A stretch of 64,000 bases of DNA, from NCBI GenBank assembly GCA_964485855.1, contig CAZAKI010000003.1, positions 26,096-90,095 of the forward strand. Direction: 5' to 3'. Of this stretch, positions 7,994-17,092 are shown piece by piece. The translations under genes and the position numbers were made by a program. The notes beneath the pieces were generated by a model. That model did not search any database. It saw only the letters and a list, made by a program, of their open reading frames with translations, and had not been told where the DNA came from. Positions within the stretch are counted from its first letter, which is position 1. Every line of letters begins with the position of its first letter. This DNA is from an uncultured Syntrophomonadaceae bacterium (GTDB taxonomy: Bacteria; Bacillota; Dethiobacteria; DTU022).

Positions 7994-9826
7994 ATGATAG
8001 TCGTTTATCTCGATAAAAAAGTCCAGGAAATAAAAGATTGCTTTCTGAAGGTTATGATCATAGCAGCGATTGTCCTATTTTCTGCGAATTCTGCAGCGGC
8101 TCAGGATGATCGCTCATTTTATTTCCCCGCTGTGGTGATTGAAGCGGAAATCCTTAATGACGGCTCAATGCATGTTGTCGAAGAACGAACTTTTCGTTTT
8201 GACGGTCGCTATCGCGGGGCATGGGCTTATATACCATTAAAAAATAAGAGTGTCATCAGGGATGTTTTAGTCAGCGAAGCGGGAATCCCCTACAGGGAGG
8301 TTGCTATCGGAGTTCAGGACATTCCCGGTGTATATTATGTAGAGTACGAGGATGATCTGGTCTATATCGATTGGAGTTACGAGGCATACAACGAAGATCG
8401 CACCTTTACTATCAGTTATTGGGTGGACAATGCAGTCCTGGTGCACCAGGATCTGGCCGAATTGTATTGGCAATTCATTGGTAATGAGTGGGGAGAAAGG
8501 TCTGATTTCGTCAGGATTACCCTTAACCTGCCTCCGGGAGCAGAGCGGGAAGAGATTAGAGCCTGGGGCCACGGACCACTAAATGGTAACGTGGAAATTC
8601 TCGATGCCAGTACAATAATTTGGGAAGTTGACCGTTTGCCGGCCAATACTTTTGTTGAAGGTCGGGTCACTTTTCCCCTTTCGTTGGTGCCGCAGGCAAC
8701 AAATATTAGTGGTAAAAATGGATTGCCTGATATTTTAGCGGAAGAAGAAAGATGGGCTCGCCAGGCAAATTTAAAAAGAAAATTATTTCGCCTGGATTAT
8801 TATATCGGACCTTTAATCTTTATTGCCATGCTAATGTTTTATTTTATTACACGGTATCAATCCAGAAGAGCCCCCGGTATGTTCAGAGGTGATTATTACC
8901 GTGAACTGCCGGGAGAATATTCCCCGGCGGAGGCAGGCTATCTTTTCCGTCTGGGAAAAATTAAGCCTGAAGATTTTACGGCAACGGTTATGGATTTAGC
9001 CCGCAGGGGTCACCTGCGTTTGGAAGAGTATCAGGGGGAGAGCGGCTGGATCCGCAAAAGAGCCTTTACTGACTATCGGTTATTTCCAACTAAGGGCAAG
9101 GATAATCTAAAAGTTCATGAACAGAAGCTCTATAATTTTATTTTCAAGCAGGTTAGTAACATGGATGCTGTAGGTGTAACTATGAAGGAGATTGAAAGAT
9201 TCGGCAAGAAAAATAAAGAGAGCACCTACATATTTTACAAAAGCTGGTCTAAGGGTATTAAAAAAGAGGTAGACAGGCATAAATTCTTTAAAGGTACAGC
9301 TTGGCAGGGTATTATTGTTGGTGCAGTTCTTTTCATATTGGGATTTGCCTTATTTTTCTTAGAATTTTTTGTTACCGGGACTATTGCGCTTATGATCGGC
9401 CCAATTATGATTGCTCTTTTTGCCCTTCTAAAAAAGCTTACTCCCGTTGGTGCCGATCACTTTGCCAAGTGGCGTGCTTTTAAACAATTTCTAAAAGATT
9501 TTTCCAATCTTGATCGATCTACTATTCCTTCACTGGCCATCTGGGAGCATTACCTGGTCTATGCGGTAACACTTGGCGTGGCTAAAGAGGTGATGGAACA
9601 GCTGCAGCTTATTTATCCGGAAATGGGCCAAAATATTCAACATGTTTGGCCGGCTTACGGAGCGATGGCTGTAAACCCTGGGCGTTTTACCAGGATGAGT
9701 TCCACCATGGAAAGGTCGTTTAAAACTGCTTTCCGTTCAGCAACCTCTTCCGGTTCCGGAGGCGGAGGTGGCTTCTCCGGCGGAGGTGGCGGAGGAGGTG
9801 GTGGGGGCGGAGGCGGTGCCCGTTAA
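7994..9826 (+). CDS. DUF2207 domain membrane protein with a C-terminal poly-Gly tail
   Basis: Signal peptide or TM, a large extracellular domain, then TM helices and a GGGGG-rich terminus typical of DUF2207. It follows LemA, as is common. Confidence 0.8.
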   Translation: MIVVYLDKKVQEIKDCFLKVMIIAAIVLFSANSAAAQDDRSFYFPAVVIEAEILNDGSMHVVEERTFRFDGRYRGAWAYIPLKNKSVIRDVLVSEAGIPYREVAIGVQDIPGVYYVEYEDDLVYIDWSYEAYNEDRTFTISYWVDNAVLVHQDLAELYWQFIGNEWGERSDFVRITLNLPPGAEREEIRAWGHGPLNGNVEILDASTIIWEVDRLPANTFVEGRVTFPLSLVPQATNISGKNGLPDILAEEERWARQANLKRKLFRLDYYIGPLIFIAMLMFYFITRYQSRRAPGMFRGDYYRELPGEYSPAEAGYLFRLGKIKPEDFTATVMDLARRGHLRLEEYQGESGWIRKRAFTDYRLFPTKGKDNLKVHEQKLYNFIFKQVSNMDAVGVTMKEIERFGKKNKESTYIFYKSWSKGIKKEVDRHKFFKGTAWQGIIVGAVLFILGFALFFLEFFVTGTIALMIGPIMIALFALLKKLTPVGADHFAKWRAFKQFLKDFSNLDRSTIPSLAIWEHYLVYAVTLGVAKEVMEQLQLIYPEMGQNIQHVWPAYGAMAVNPGRFTRMSSTMERSFKTAFRSATSSGSGGGGGFSGGGGGGGGGGGGGAR

Positions 9827-9852
9827 TTGCGATAAAAATATGTAATCCTTGG

Positions 9853-9892
9853 GGTTTTAGCTGATCAACTGGGCTAAAACCTTTTTATTTTT
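9853..9892 (+). terminator. Rho-independent terminator after the DUF2207 gene
   Basis: ggttttagc…gctaaaacc, a 9 bp perfect stem followed by a T-run. Confidence 0.65.
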
Positions 9893-9906
9893 ACGAGAAT
9901 AAATGA

Positions 9907-9947
9907 TTGAAAAACGCAAACGTCTATGATACTATATGTATATATAC
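9907..9947 (+). promoter_or_regulatory. arsR promoter (TTGAAA, 17 nt spacer, TACTAT) with the palindrome GTATATATAC immediately downstream; likely ArsR operator
   Basis: -35 and -10 hexamers at canonical spacing. A 10 bp perfect palindrome at 9938..9947 overlaps the predicted transcription start. Confidence 0.45.
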
Positions 9948-9981
9948 GAATATAAGATAATACAATGGAAGTGATACAAAG

Positions 9982-10287
9982 ATGAATCAGTACCATTTGA
10001 TCGCTAATTTCATGAAAGCTTTATCTCATCCAACTCGAATCCAAATCCTTGAACTTTTACGTTCTGGAGAACGCTGTGTCTGTGAAATATTTCCAGAGAT
10101 CAATGTTGATCAATCAAGTGTTTCAAGGCATCTTGCCATACTCAAACGAGAAGGACTGCTCGATTCCCGCAAAGATGGTTTAAAAGTTATCTACTGGACA
10201 GCCGATCCCTTTATTTATGAAATTATCGATCGCAGTGCTGAAAAAGTAAAACATATCTTACAGGTTAAGGCCTCAATCATCAAGTAA
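9982..10287 (+). CDS. arsR: ArsR/SmtB family metalloregulator
   Basis: HTH of ArsR type (SHPTRIQILELL) with the metal-binding CVCE motif. Confidence 0.85.
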   Translation: MNQYHLIANFMKALSHPTRIQILELLRSGERCVCEIFPEINVDQSSVSRHLAILKREGLLDSRKDGLKVIYWTADPFIYEIIDRSAEKVKHILQVKASIIK

Positions 10288-10368
10288 GCAACTAGCTGTC
10301 ATTGATAAAGGCTAATTTAATCTGGCGATTTTAACAATAAATATCTGGAAATAAAGGAGACTGGAATA

Positions 10369-10614
10369 GTGAAGATTAAAATTTTGGGAACAGGTTGCAG
10401 CAAATGTCAAGCCTTGGAGAAGGAAACGATTAATGCTCTGGCGGAGCTTAATGTTGCCGCTAACGTGCAGAAGATTACCAAGATGGACGAAATCATGCAG
10501 TATGACGTGATGTTGACCCCGGCTTTAGTGATCAATGATCAGGTGAAGTCTGCCGGTAAAGTTTTAAAACCGGAGGAAATAAAAGCGCTAATCAAACAGG
10601 AACTAGAGTCTTGA
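10369..10614 (+). CDS. Small thioredoxin-fold protein (redox-active disulfide protein 2 / TM0996 family), CxxC motif GCSKC
   Basis: 81 aa with an N-terminal CxxC. GTG start with RBS aaggag. Conserved partner of COG0701 permeases. Confidence 0.75.
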   Translation: MKIKILGTGCSKCQALEKETINALAELNVAANVQKITKMDEIMQYDVMLTPALVINDQVKSAGKVLKPEEIKALIKQELES

Positions 10615-10655
10615 ATCAGATTGTGGGTTTTAGCTGTTTATGCTAAGGAGATGCA

Positions 10656-11837
10656 TTGTTAATGAAGGAATATCAAAAATTAGCGCTTATCGTTGCCGTA
10701 TTCTTAGCTGCCTACTTCATACCCTTTGATAGTCCATTAGTAGGTGGAGCAATTATTGAAGCTTTTCACCTGTTACAGGAATATGCCCGGGAACACGTTC
10801 TGTTTTGCTTAATACCGGCCTTTTTTATTGCCGGGGCGATTGCCAATTTTGTATCGCAGGGGTCGGTCATTAAATACTTTGGCAGTGGGGCCAGTAGAAT
10901 TGTTGCCTATTCAGTGGCATCTGTATCTGGAGTAATCCTCGCTGTCTGTTCCTGCACAGTTTTACCCCTGTTCAGCGGTATTTATCGAAGGGGTGCCGGT
11001 CTTGGACCGGCCTGTGCATTTCTTTACTCCGGGCCGGCCATCAATGTATTAGCTATTGTCTTGACGGCCAGGGTGCTTGGCTGGGAACTTGGTCTGGCCA
11101 GGGCTGTCGGGGCGGTGATTTTTGCGGTGTTAATCGGTTTACTGATGGCTTTCTTTTACCGTAAAGACGATCAAAACCGGCTTGCAACACAGATGGCCGG
11201 TATGGAAGAGGATCAAAGTGAAACCCGCAGCCCGGGCCAGAATATCCTGTTTTTCCTCACCCTTGTTCTAATCCTCATCTTTGCCACCTGGAGTCAGCCT
11301 GCTGAACCGGTTGGTTTCTTTAACGCTCTTTATATTGTAAAATGGCCGGTGGTTTTCATTTTACTTGCCTTTCTTGCCTTTATCCTGGTTAAGTGGTTTA
11401 AACAGGAAGAACGTAAAGATTGGGTCAACACCACCTGGGATTTTGCCAAGCAGATTTTACCTTTGCTTTTTGCCGGTGTATTGGCAGCCGGTTTTCTGAT
11501 GGGACGACCCGGGACTGATGCCGGTCTTATCCCAGTGCGCTACATTGAAGTTCTCGTTGGTGGCAATACTCTCAAGGCTAACCTGGTTGCCTCAGTGGTG
11601 GGCGCTTTCATGTATTTTGCCACCCTTACCGAAATCCCTATATTACAGGGTTTACTCGGAGCAGGTATGGGTAAAGGTCCGGCTTTGGCTCTGCTGTTAG
11701 CCGGACCAGCACTCAGTCTGCCGAATATGCTCGTCATCCGTTCAGTCCTGGGCACACAGAAAACAGCAGTTTTTGTTCTCCTGGTGGTGGTCATGGCTAC
11801 AGCATCCGGAATGATATTTGGTAATTATGTTTTATAA
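10656..11837 (+). CDS. COG0701/DUF318 permease, ArsP-like (putative organoarsenical or thiol efflux permease)
   Basis: 393 aa polytopic protein with the conserved CSC-containing TM (AVCSCTVLPLF) typical of this permease family. It sits in an arsR-regulated context. Confidence 0.7.
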   Translation: MLMKEYQKLALIVAVFLAAYFIPFDSPLVGGAIIEAFHLLQEYAREHVLFCLIPAFFIAGAIANFVSQGSVIKYFGSGASRIVAYSVASVSGVILAVCSCTVLPLFSGIYRRGAGLGPACAFLYSGPAINVLAIVLTARVLGWELGLARAVGAVIFAVLIGLLMAFFYRKDDQNRLATQMAGMEEDQSETRSPGQNILFFLTLVLILIFATWSQPAEPVGFFNALYIVKWPVVFILLAFLAFILVKWFKQEERKDWVNTTWDFAKQILPLLFAGVLAAGFLMGRPGTDAGLIPVRYIEVLVGGNTLKANLVASVVGAFMYFATLTEIPILQGLLGAGMGKGPALALLLAGPALSLPNMLVIRSVLGTQKTAVFVLLVVVMATASGMIFGNYVL

Positions 11838-12307
11838 AATAGCCACAATTTTTCTAGAGGAAGAATAATGCATTTGCGATTTGATAGACGAGTTAGAGTT
11901 ATCTTAATCTGCAGTGTAATATCATCTTAAGATCCTCAAACCAGCCAACCTGGTTAATGATCGGCGAAAGGGAAAATGGACTTACTACTCACTTAACAAA
12001 GCAGGATTTGAGGACCATATTGAGAACTTTTATGATAAGTTTATCAAGCCAATTGGAAAATCCGAATATAAAGAAAAAGAAAATTAAAAGCCGGGATCGA
12101 GTTGTACTGAATGATTGATAAATTCTGTTAGCCAAAAAGTTGCAATCAGATCCCGGCAAAACATCATCATTATGCTGCATATGTAAGTAATTAAATAGGA
12201 GTAATTGCAATATTCCTGAGTTCACCAGGAGGGAGGCAGATCTATCAAGGTCAATTAAATCTATGCGCTGAATTGAACGGATAAAAAATATACGAGGTGG
12301 TTAGTAA

Positions 12308-13369
12308 ATGGGTGTGCAAAAAGAGTACGAACTGGGATTTTTCCATAAGTTTTTAACTGTGTGGGTAGCTCTCTGTATTATGATCGGGATTGGTTTGGGA
12401 GCTGTTTTTCCAGGAGCAGCGCAATTCTTAAATTCTCTCGCCATAGCCCAGGTTAATATTCCGGTGGCCATCTTTCTCTTTGCCATGATGTATCCGATCA
12501 TGGTGCAAATTGATTTTCAGGAAGTTGTCAATGCCGTCAAAGCGCCAAAGCCGGTTATTCTTACTCTGATTGTGAACTGGGCGATCAAGCCTTTTACGAT
12601 GTTTTTCTTTGCCTGGCTTTTTATGCGGGTCATCTTCGCTCCTTTTCTTGATGACACTTTAGCCGGTGAATATGTCGCCGGTATGATTTTACTGGGCATT
12701 GCCCCCTGCACGGCCATGGTATTGGTATGGAGTTACCTGGCTCGCGGGTTTATGGGGTTGACCCTGGTCATGGTAGCGATTAACTCGCTGACAATGCTGG
12801 TGCTCTACGCTCCGTTGGGTAATTTCCTGCTGGGAGTAGCTGAAATGTCAGTGCCGTTTATGACCATTTTCCTTAGCGTCATGCTTTACGTGGGAGTTTC
12901 TCTGGTGGCTGGTTATATTAGCCGGACCAGGTTGATCAAAACCCGCGGCTTAGACTGGTATGAGCGGGTATTCCTGAAGAATATGGGCACAATTTCGATT
13001 ATTGCTTTATTAGCAACACTAATTTTTCTGTTTATGCTCCAGGGAGGAGTTATCTTAGAAGCGCCTTTGATTGTTGGGATGATTGCTGTACCGCTAATTA
13101 TCCAAACGCTGGTCATTTTTATCATCGGCTATATTGCAGCGAAACTGATCGGCATTACCTATGAAGAAGCGGCACCATCGGCGATGATTGGCGCCAGCAA
13201 TCACTTTGAAGTAGCTATTGCTACGGCAGTTACCGTGTTTGGCTTAACCTCTGGTGCTGCTTTATCCACCGTGGTTGGTGTCCTGATTGAAGTACCGATC
13301 ATGCTAGTCTTAGTCCGGATCTCTCTGCGGACCCGTAACTGGTTCCCAGCAATGAAAAAGGTATCGTAA
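12308..13369 (+). CDS. acr3: Arsenite efflux transporter, ACR3 family
   Basis: 353 aa, about 10 TM, with an N-terminus typical of Acr3/ArsB (Bacillus-type). Followed by arsC. Confidence 0.85.
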   Translation: MGVQKEYELGFFHKFLTVWVALCIMIGIGLGAVFPGAAQFLNSLAIAQVNIPVAIFLFAMMYPIMVQIDFQEVVNAVKAPKPVILTLIVNWAIKPFTMFFFAWLFMRVIFAPFLDDTLAGEYVAGMILLGIAPCTAMVLVWSYLARGFMGLTLVMVAINSLTMLVLYAPLGNFLLGVAEMSVPFMTIFLSVMLYVGVSLVAGYISRTRLIKTRGLDWYERVFLKNMGTISIIALLATLIFLFMLQGGVILEAPLIVGMIAVPLIIQTLVIFIIGYIAAKLIGITYEEAAPSAMIGASNHFEVAIATAVTVFGLTSGAALSTVVGVLIEVPIMLVLVRISLRTRNWFPAMKKVS

Positions 13370-13404
13370 ACAGATTAGTCAAAATGATTTTGGGAGGGAC
13401 TTAA

Positions 13405-13833
13405 GTGGTTGAAACAAAGGAATCTAGAACAGTACTTTTCCTCTGTACCGGTAATTCTGCCCGCAGCCAGATGGCCGAGGGGTTTTTAAAAACAATGAAT
13501 AAAGGGATGTTTAAGGTCTATAGTGCCGGAATCGCTCCGGTTGGATTAAATCCTAAGGCCGTTCAGGTTATGCAAGAAGTCGGCATTGATATCAGCAATC
13601 AGAGTTCGGATGCAATTAACAAGGAGCTTCTGGATCAGGTTGACCTATTAATCACTCTCTGCGGTGATGCTCGGGAAAGCTGCCCCCTAGTATCAACCCG
13701 CGTTGAGAAAAGACACTGGGCTCTTGAAGATCCAGCCCGGACTGAAGGCAGTGACGAAGCAGTTTTAATAAAATTCAGGGAAATCCGGGATTTGATAAAA
13801 GCTCATGTTGAGGAGCTCGTTTCAGAAGCGTAG
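13405..13833 (+). CDS. arsC: Arsenate reductase, LMW-PTP / thioredoxin-coupled type
   Basis: CTGNSARS P-loop and the downstream Cys pair (LCGDARESCP). 142 aa. Confidence 0.9.
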   Translation: MVETKESRTVLFLCTGNSARSQMAEGFLKTMNKGMFKVYSAGIAPVGLNPKAVQVMQEVGIDISNQSSDAINKELLDQVDLLITLCGDARESCPLVSTRVEKRHWALEDPARTEGSDEAVLIKFREIRDLIKAHVEELVSEA

Positions 13834-13856
13834 ATCGATCAGCAATTGTTTTTTAA

Positions 13857-13892
13857 AAAGCCTGTACCAAAAGGGTCCAGGCTTTTTGTGGT
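13857..13892 (+). terminator. Rho-independent terminator after arsC
   Basis: agcctg…caggct stem followed by TTTTT. An extended -10 (TGgTATAAT) for the next gene follows directly. Confidence 0.55.
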
Positions 13893-13961
13893 ATAATTTC
13901 CGCAAGTAATAAATGGGGCAGTTTTTACCGGTTTTATTTCTAAGTTTGGGAGGAATGTCAT

Positions 13962-14891
13962 TTGGATAAACTGAAAGCAGCCCTGGTGGTTAATCCCGCT
14001 TCCGGAAATGGAGCAACCGGCAAGCGATTCCCGGTGATGGCGGATATTATTAAACAGGAAGGCCTTTCTTTCGTTCACCGTTTTACTGAATCGCCCGGAC
14101 ACGCCACAGAAATCACCCGCCATTTTTTACAAGAAGGTCATGATCTAATCATTGCTGTTGGTGGAGATGGGACCACTAACGAGGTGCTTAATGGTTTTTT
14201 TGATCGATCAGGCGCTGCAATCAGACCCGGTGCAGCAATAAGTTTCATATCGGGAGGAACCGGTCGTGATTTAATTCGCACTGTTGGCATTCCTGTTGAT
14301 ACGGCTTCAGCTGTAAGGCATATCATTAATAGTGAAGTTCACCCGATTGATCTCGGCAGGGTTTCTTACTTAACTAAAGATGGTTTGCAGCAAAGCAGAT
14401 ACTATATTAATGTTGCCGGACTTGGTTTAGATGGTGCGACAGTCGATCGGGTTAACCGTACCAGCAAAGCATTGGGTGGTTTTATTTCTTTTTTATGGGC
14501 AACAATCGCTACTCTGGCTCTCTATAAGAATCAAAAAATGCAAATTATTGTTGATGAACAGGAGATTTGTAATGAGCCGGTTACTGTTGTGGTTTTTGGA
14601 AATGGACAATATTTTGGCGGCGGGATGCACATCGCTCCCAATGCTTCCGTTGATGATGGATTACTGGATATTATTATCTTAAGAGATCTAAGCAAGCTTA
14701 ATTTACTGCTTAGCTTGCCGCGCGTTTATAAGGGTAGCCACTTAACCCATGGCCGGATAACGAGTTTAAGAGGTAAGAAGGTTAGAGTGTTTGCTGATCA
14801 AACTGCACTACTTGATTTGGACGGAGAACAACCTGGCTCTGCTCCAATTGAACTGGAAATAATACCTCATGCAATCAATCTCAGGGGATGA
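13962..14891 (+). CDS. Diacylglycerol kinase family lipid kinase (YegS/DagK-like)
   Basis: Motifs NPASGNG and GGDGT. 309 aa. Confidence 0.85.
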   Translation: MDKLKAALVVNPASGNGATGKRFPVMADIIKQEGLSFVHRFTESPGHATEITRHFLQEGHDLIIAVGGDGTTNEVLNGFFDRSGAAIRPGAAISFISGGTGRDLIRTVGIPVDTASAVRHIINSEVHPIDLGRVSYLTKDGLQQSRYYINVAGLGLDGATVDRVNRTSKALGGFISFLWATIATLALYKNQKMQIIVDEQEICNEPVTVVVFGNGQYFGGGMHIAPNASVDDGLLDIIILRDLSKLNLLLSLPRVYKGSHLTHGRITSLRGKKVRVFADQTALLDLDGEQPGSAPIELEIIPHAINLRG

Positions 14892-14925
14892 GCTGGTAAT
14901 CGCTGAAACAAATCCGGGGGGCGGG

Positions 14926-14954
14926 TTGACAGGAAAAGAGGCAAGTTTTATCAT
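14926..14954 (+). promoter_or_regulatory. Consensus-like sigma-A promoter upstream of thrS (TTGACA, 17 nt spacer, TATCAT)
   Basis: Exact hexamer spacing. The intergenic region is only about 125 bp, with no T-box elements. Confidence 0.55.
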
Positions 14955-15016
14955 GATTCTTATTAGCGTTTAACTAAAAATATAACCCAGTTAGGCTCAG
15001 AGGAGGCGAACATTCG

Positions 15017-16924
15017 TTGACGGTTAAAGTAAAATTGAATACTGGAGAAGAGATTGTTTATCCTGAAGGTGCTACCTGTATGGATATCTACCGGGAGAAA
15101 ACAGCTGAAAACAAGGATTTAATTGCTGTCTTAATTGATGGCAAAGAATGTGATCTCAACCGGCCTCTGACCGATAACGCTAAGGTTAGTCTTGTTGATT
15201 TTGATACACCCGAAGGCGCATCAGTATATCGTCACAGTGCCAGTCATATTTTAGCCCATGCGGTTAAAACCCTATATCCCACGGCAAAAATGGGCATTGG
15301 CCCGGCTATCGAAAATGGTTTTTATTACGATTTTGAATTTGAGGAGCCAATTTCTGCCGATGATCTGCCTGCCATTGAAGCAGAGATGAAAAAAATTATC
15401 AAGGCAAAGAAACCGATTCGCCGTCGTGAGATAAGTCGTAAAGAGGCCGAAGAAATTTTTCGGACCAAGAATGAAACCTACAAATTGGAGCTGATAGCTG
15501 ATTTACCCGCAGATGTAGTTATAAGTTGCTATGAACAGGATAATTTCATTGATCTTTGTGCCGGGCCGCATTTAAATCATACCGGAATGGTAAAAGCATT
15601 TAAACTTACCGGGCTGGCCGGTGCCTACTGGCGTGGTGATGAACGAAATACGATGCTCCAGCGTATTTATGGTACTGCTTTTCCAAGCAAAGAACGCCTG
15701 GAGCAATATCTGCTTATGCTGGAAGAGGCAAAAAAGAGAGACCACCGCAAGCTGGGTCGGGAACTTGAATTATTCAGCCTACATGATGAAGGCCCCGGTT
15801 TCCCCTTTCTTCATAACAATGGAATGATTATCTGGCAGGAATTGGCTGATTATTGGCGTAGAGAGCACCGTCTTGCTGGATATGAAGAGATAAAAACTCC
15901 TTTGATTTTAAACCGGGAGCTCTGGGAACAGTCAGGTCATTGGGATCACTACCGGGAGAATATGTATTTTACGAAAATAGACGAACAGGATTTTATAGTC
16001 AAACCGATGAACTGCCCGGGGGCAATGCTTGTTTTCGGTTCAAAAATGCACAGTTATCGTGATTTGCCGCGCAGAATAGCTGAAATGGGTATAGTTCATC
16101 GCCATGAATTATCGGGAACATTGCACGGTTTAATGAGAGTCCGTACTTTTACCCAGGACGATGCTCATATCTTTATGTTGCCTGAACAGATTGAAGCTGA
16201 AGTATCCGGAATTATCGAACTGATGGACCGATTCTATCGGATTTTTGGTTTCGATTACCGGGTTGAGTTAAGTACCAGGCCGGAAAAAGCAATGGGTTCA
16301 ATTGAGATGTGGGACAAGGCTACAGATATCCTGGAACAAGTTTTAATCAATAAAGAAATTCAATTTAAGGTCAACGAAGGAGACGGAGCATTTTATGGTC
16401 CCAAAATTGATTTCCACCTCGAGGATTGCCTGGGACGCAGTTGGCAGTGCGGAACAATTCAGCTGGATTTTCAGATGCCTGAGAAATTTGATCTTACCTA
16501 CATCGGCGAAGATGGTGCTAAACACCGTCCGGTTGTTATCCACCGTGTAGTATATGGTTCGATGGAGCGTTTCTTTGCTCTGCTCATTGAGCATTACGGC
16601 GGTGCATTCCCGGCTTGGCTTGCACCGGTGCAAGCCTCGGTTATACCGGTTACCGACCGCACCCACGCTTATGCGCATGCCCTCTATGAAAAGCTTAGAG
16701 CGGAAGGTTTTCGGGTTAAAATAGACGACCGGAACGAAAAAGTTGGCTATAAGATCAGGGAAGCCCAGCTACAAAAAGTTCCTTACATGTTGATTTTAGG
16801 CGATAGGGAAGCAGAAGCTGGCACGATCACAATTCGACATCGCGAAAAAGGGGATCTTGGTGCAGGAAAACTTGATGAATTTATATCAAGTCTGGAAAAA
16901 GAGATTACAGAAAAAACAATTTGA
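15017..16924 (+). CDS. thrS: Threonine--tRNA ligase
   Basis: 635 aa with TGS, editing, class II catalytic and anticodon-binding domains. TTG start after an RBS. Confidence 0.95.
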   Translation: MTVKVKLNTGEEIVYPEGATCMDIYREKTAENKDLIAVLIDGKECDLNRPLTDNAKVSLVDFDTPEGASVYRHSASHILAHAVKTLYPTAKMGIGPAIENGFYYDFEFEEPISADDLPAIEAEMKKIIKAKKPIRRREISRKEAEEIFRTKNETYKLELIADLPADVVISCYEQDNFIDLCAGPHLNHTGMVKAFKLTGLAGAYWRGDERNTMLQRIYGTAFPSKERLEQYLLMLEEAKKRDHRKLGRELELFSLHDEGPGFPFLHNNGMIIWQELADYWRREHRLAGYEEIKTPLILNRELWEQSGHWDHYRENMYFTKIDEQDFIVKPMNCPGAMLVFGSKMHSYRDLPRRIAEMGIVHRHELSGTLHGLMRVRTFTQDDAHIFMLPEQIEAEVSGIIELMDRFYRIFGFDYRVELSTRPEKAMGSIEMWDKATDILEQVLINKEIQFKVNEGDGAFYGPKIDFHLEDCLGRSWQCGTIQLDFQMPEKFDLTYIGEDGAKHRPVVIHRVVYGSMERFFALLIEHYGGAFPAWLAPVQASVIPVTDRTHAYAHALYEKLRAEGFRVKIDDRNEKVGYKIREAQLQKVPYMLILGDREAEAGTITIRHREKGDLGAGKLDEFISSLEKEITEKTI

Positions 16925-17043
16925 CCGGCAATGTGTTTTTTGATATATTGTAATTTAGGATCGAAAGGTTCAAAGCAGAAGCCACCGCTTCTCACCCTGT
17001 GGCGAGTATTGCTTTCAGGGTTATCATAAGACAGAAGATGTTT

Positions 17044-17078
17044 AGAGCAGGTGGCAAAACCTGCTCTTATATTTTTAT
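17044..17078 (+). promoter_or_regulatory. infC-rpmI-rplT leader hairpin with U-tract (likely L20-dependent attenuator/terminator)
   Basis: agagcagg-tggcaaaa-cctgctct followed by tatatttttat, in the 170 bp leader between thrS and infC. Confidence 0.5.
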
Positions 17079-17092
17079 GGAGGTGAAACGAT

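Noticed and set aside
8267-8670. Minus-strand ORFs (101 aa and 84 aa) inside the DUF2207 gene
   Set aside because: Antisense to a coding region with a signal peptide/domain structure, and no RBS.
9760-9826. Poly-Gly/GGGGG-coding run at the end of the DUF2207 gene, considered as a possible frameshift-prone tract or low-complexity artefact
   Set aside because: Gly-rich C-terminal tails are a standard feature of DUF2207 proteins, and the reading frame ends cleanly at a stop.
9851-10637. 12-mer gggttttagctg occurring twice (9851 and 10626), checked as a possible repeat family or CRISPR-like element
   Set aside because: Only two copies with different flanks. One is half of a terminator stem. No regular spacing.
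14892-15016. Search for a T-box leader upstream of thrS
   Set aside because: The intergenic region is too short (125 bp) and lacks the GGGTGGNACCGCG motif. Only a promoter is present.
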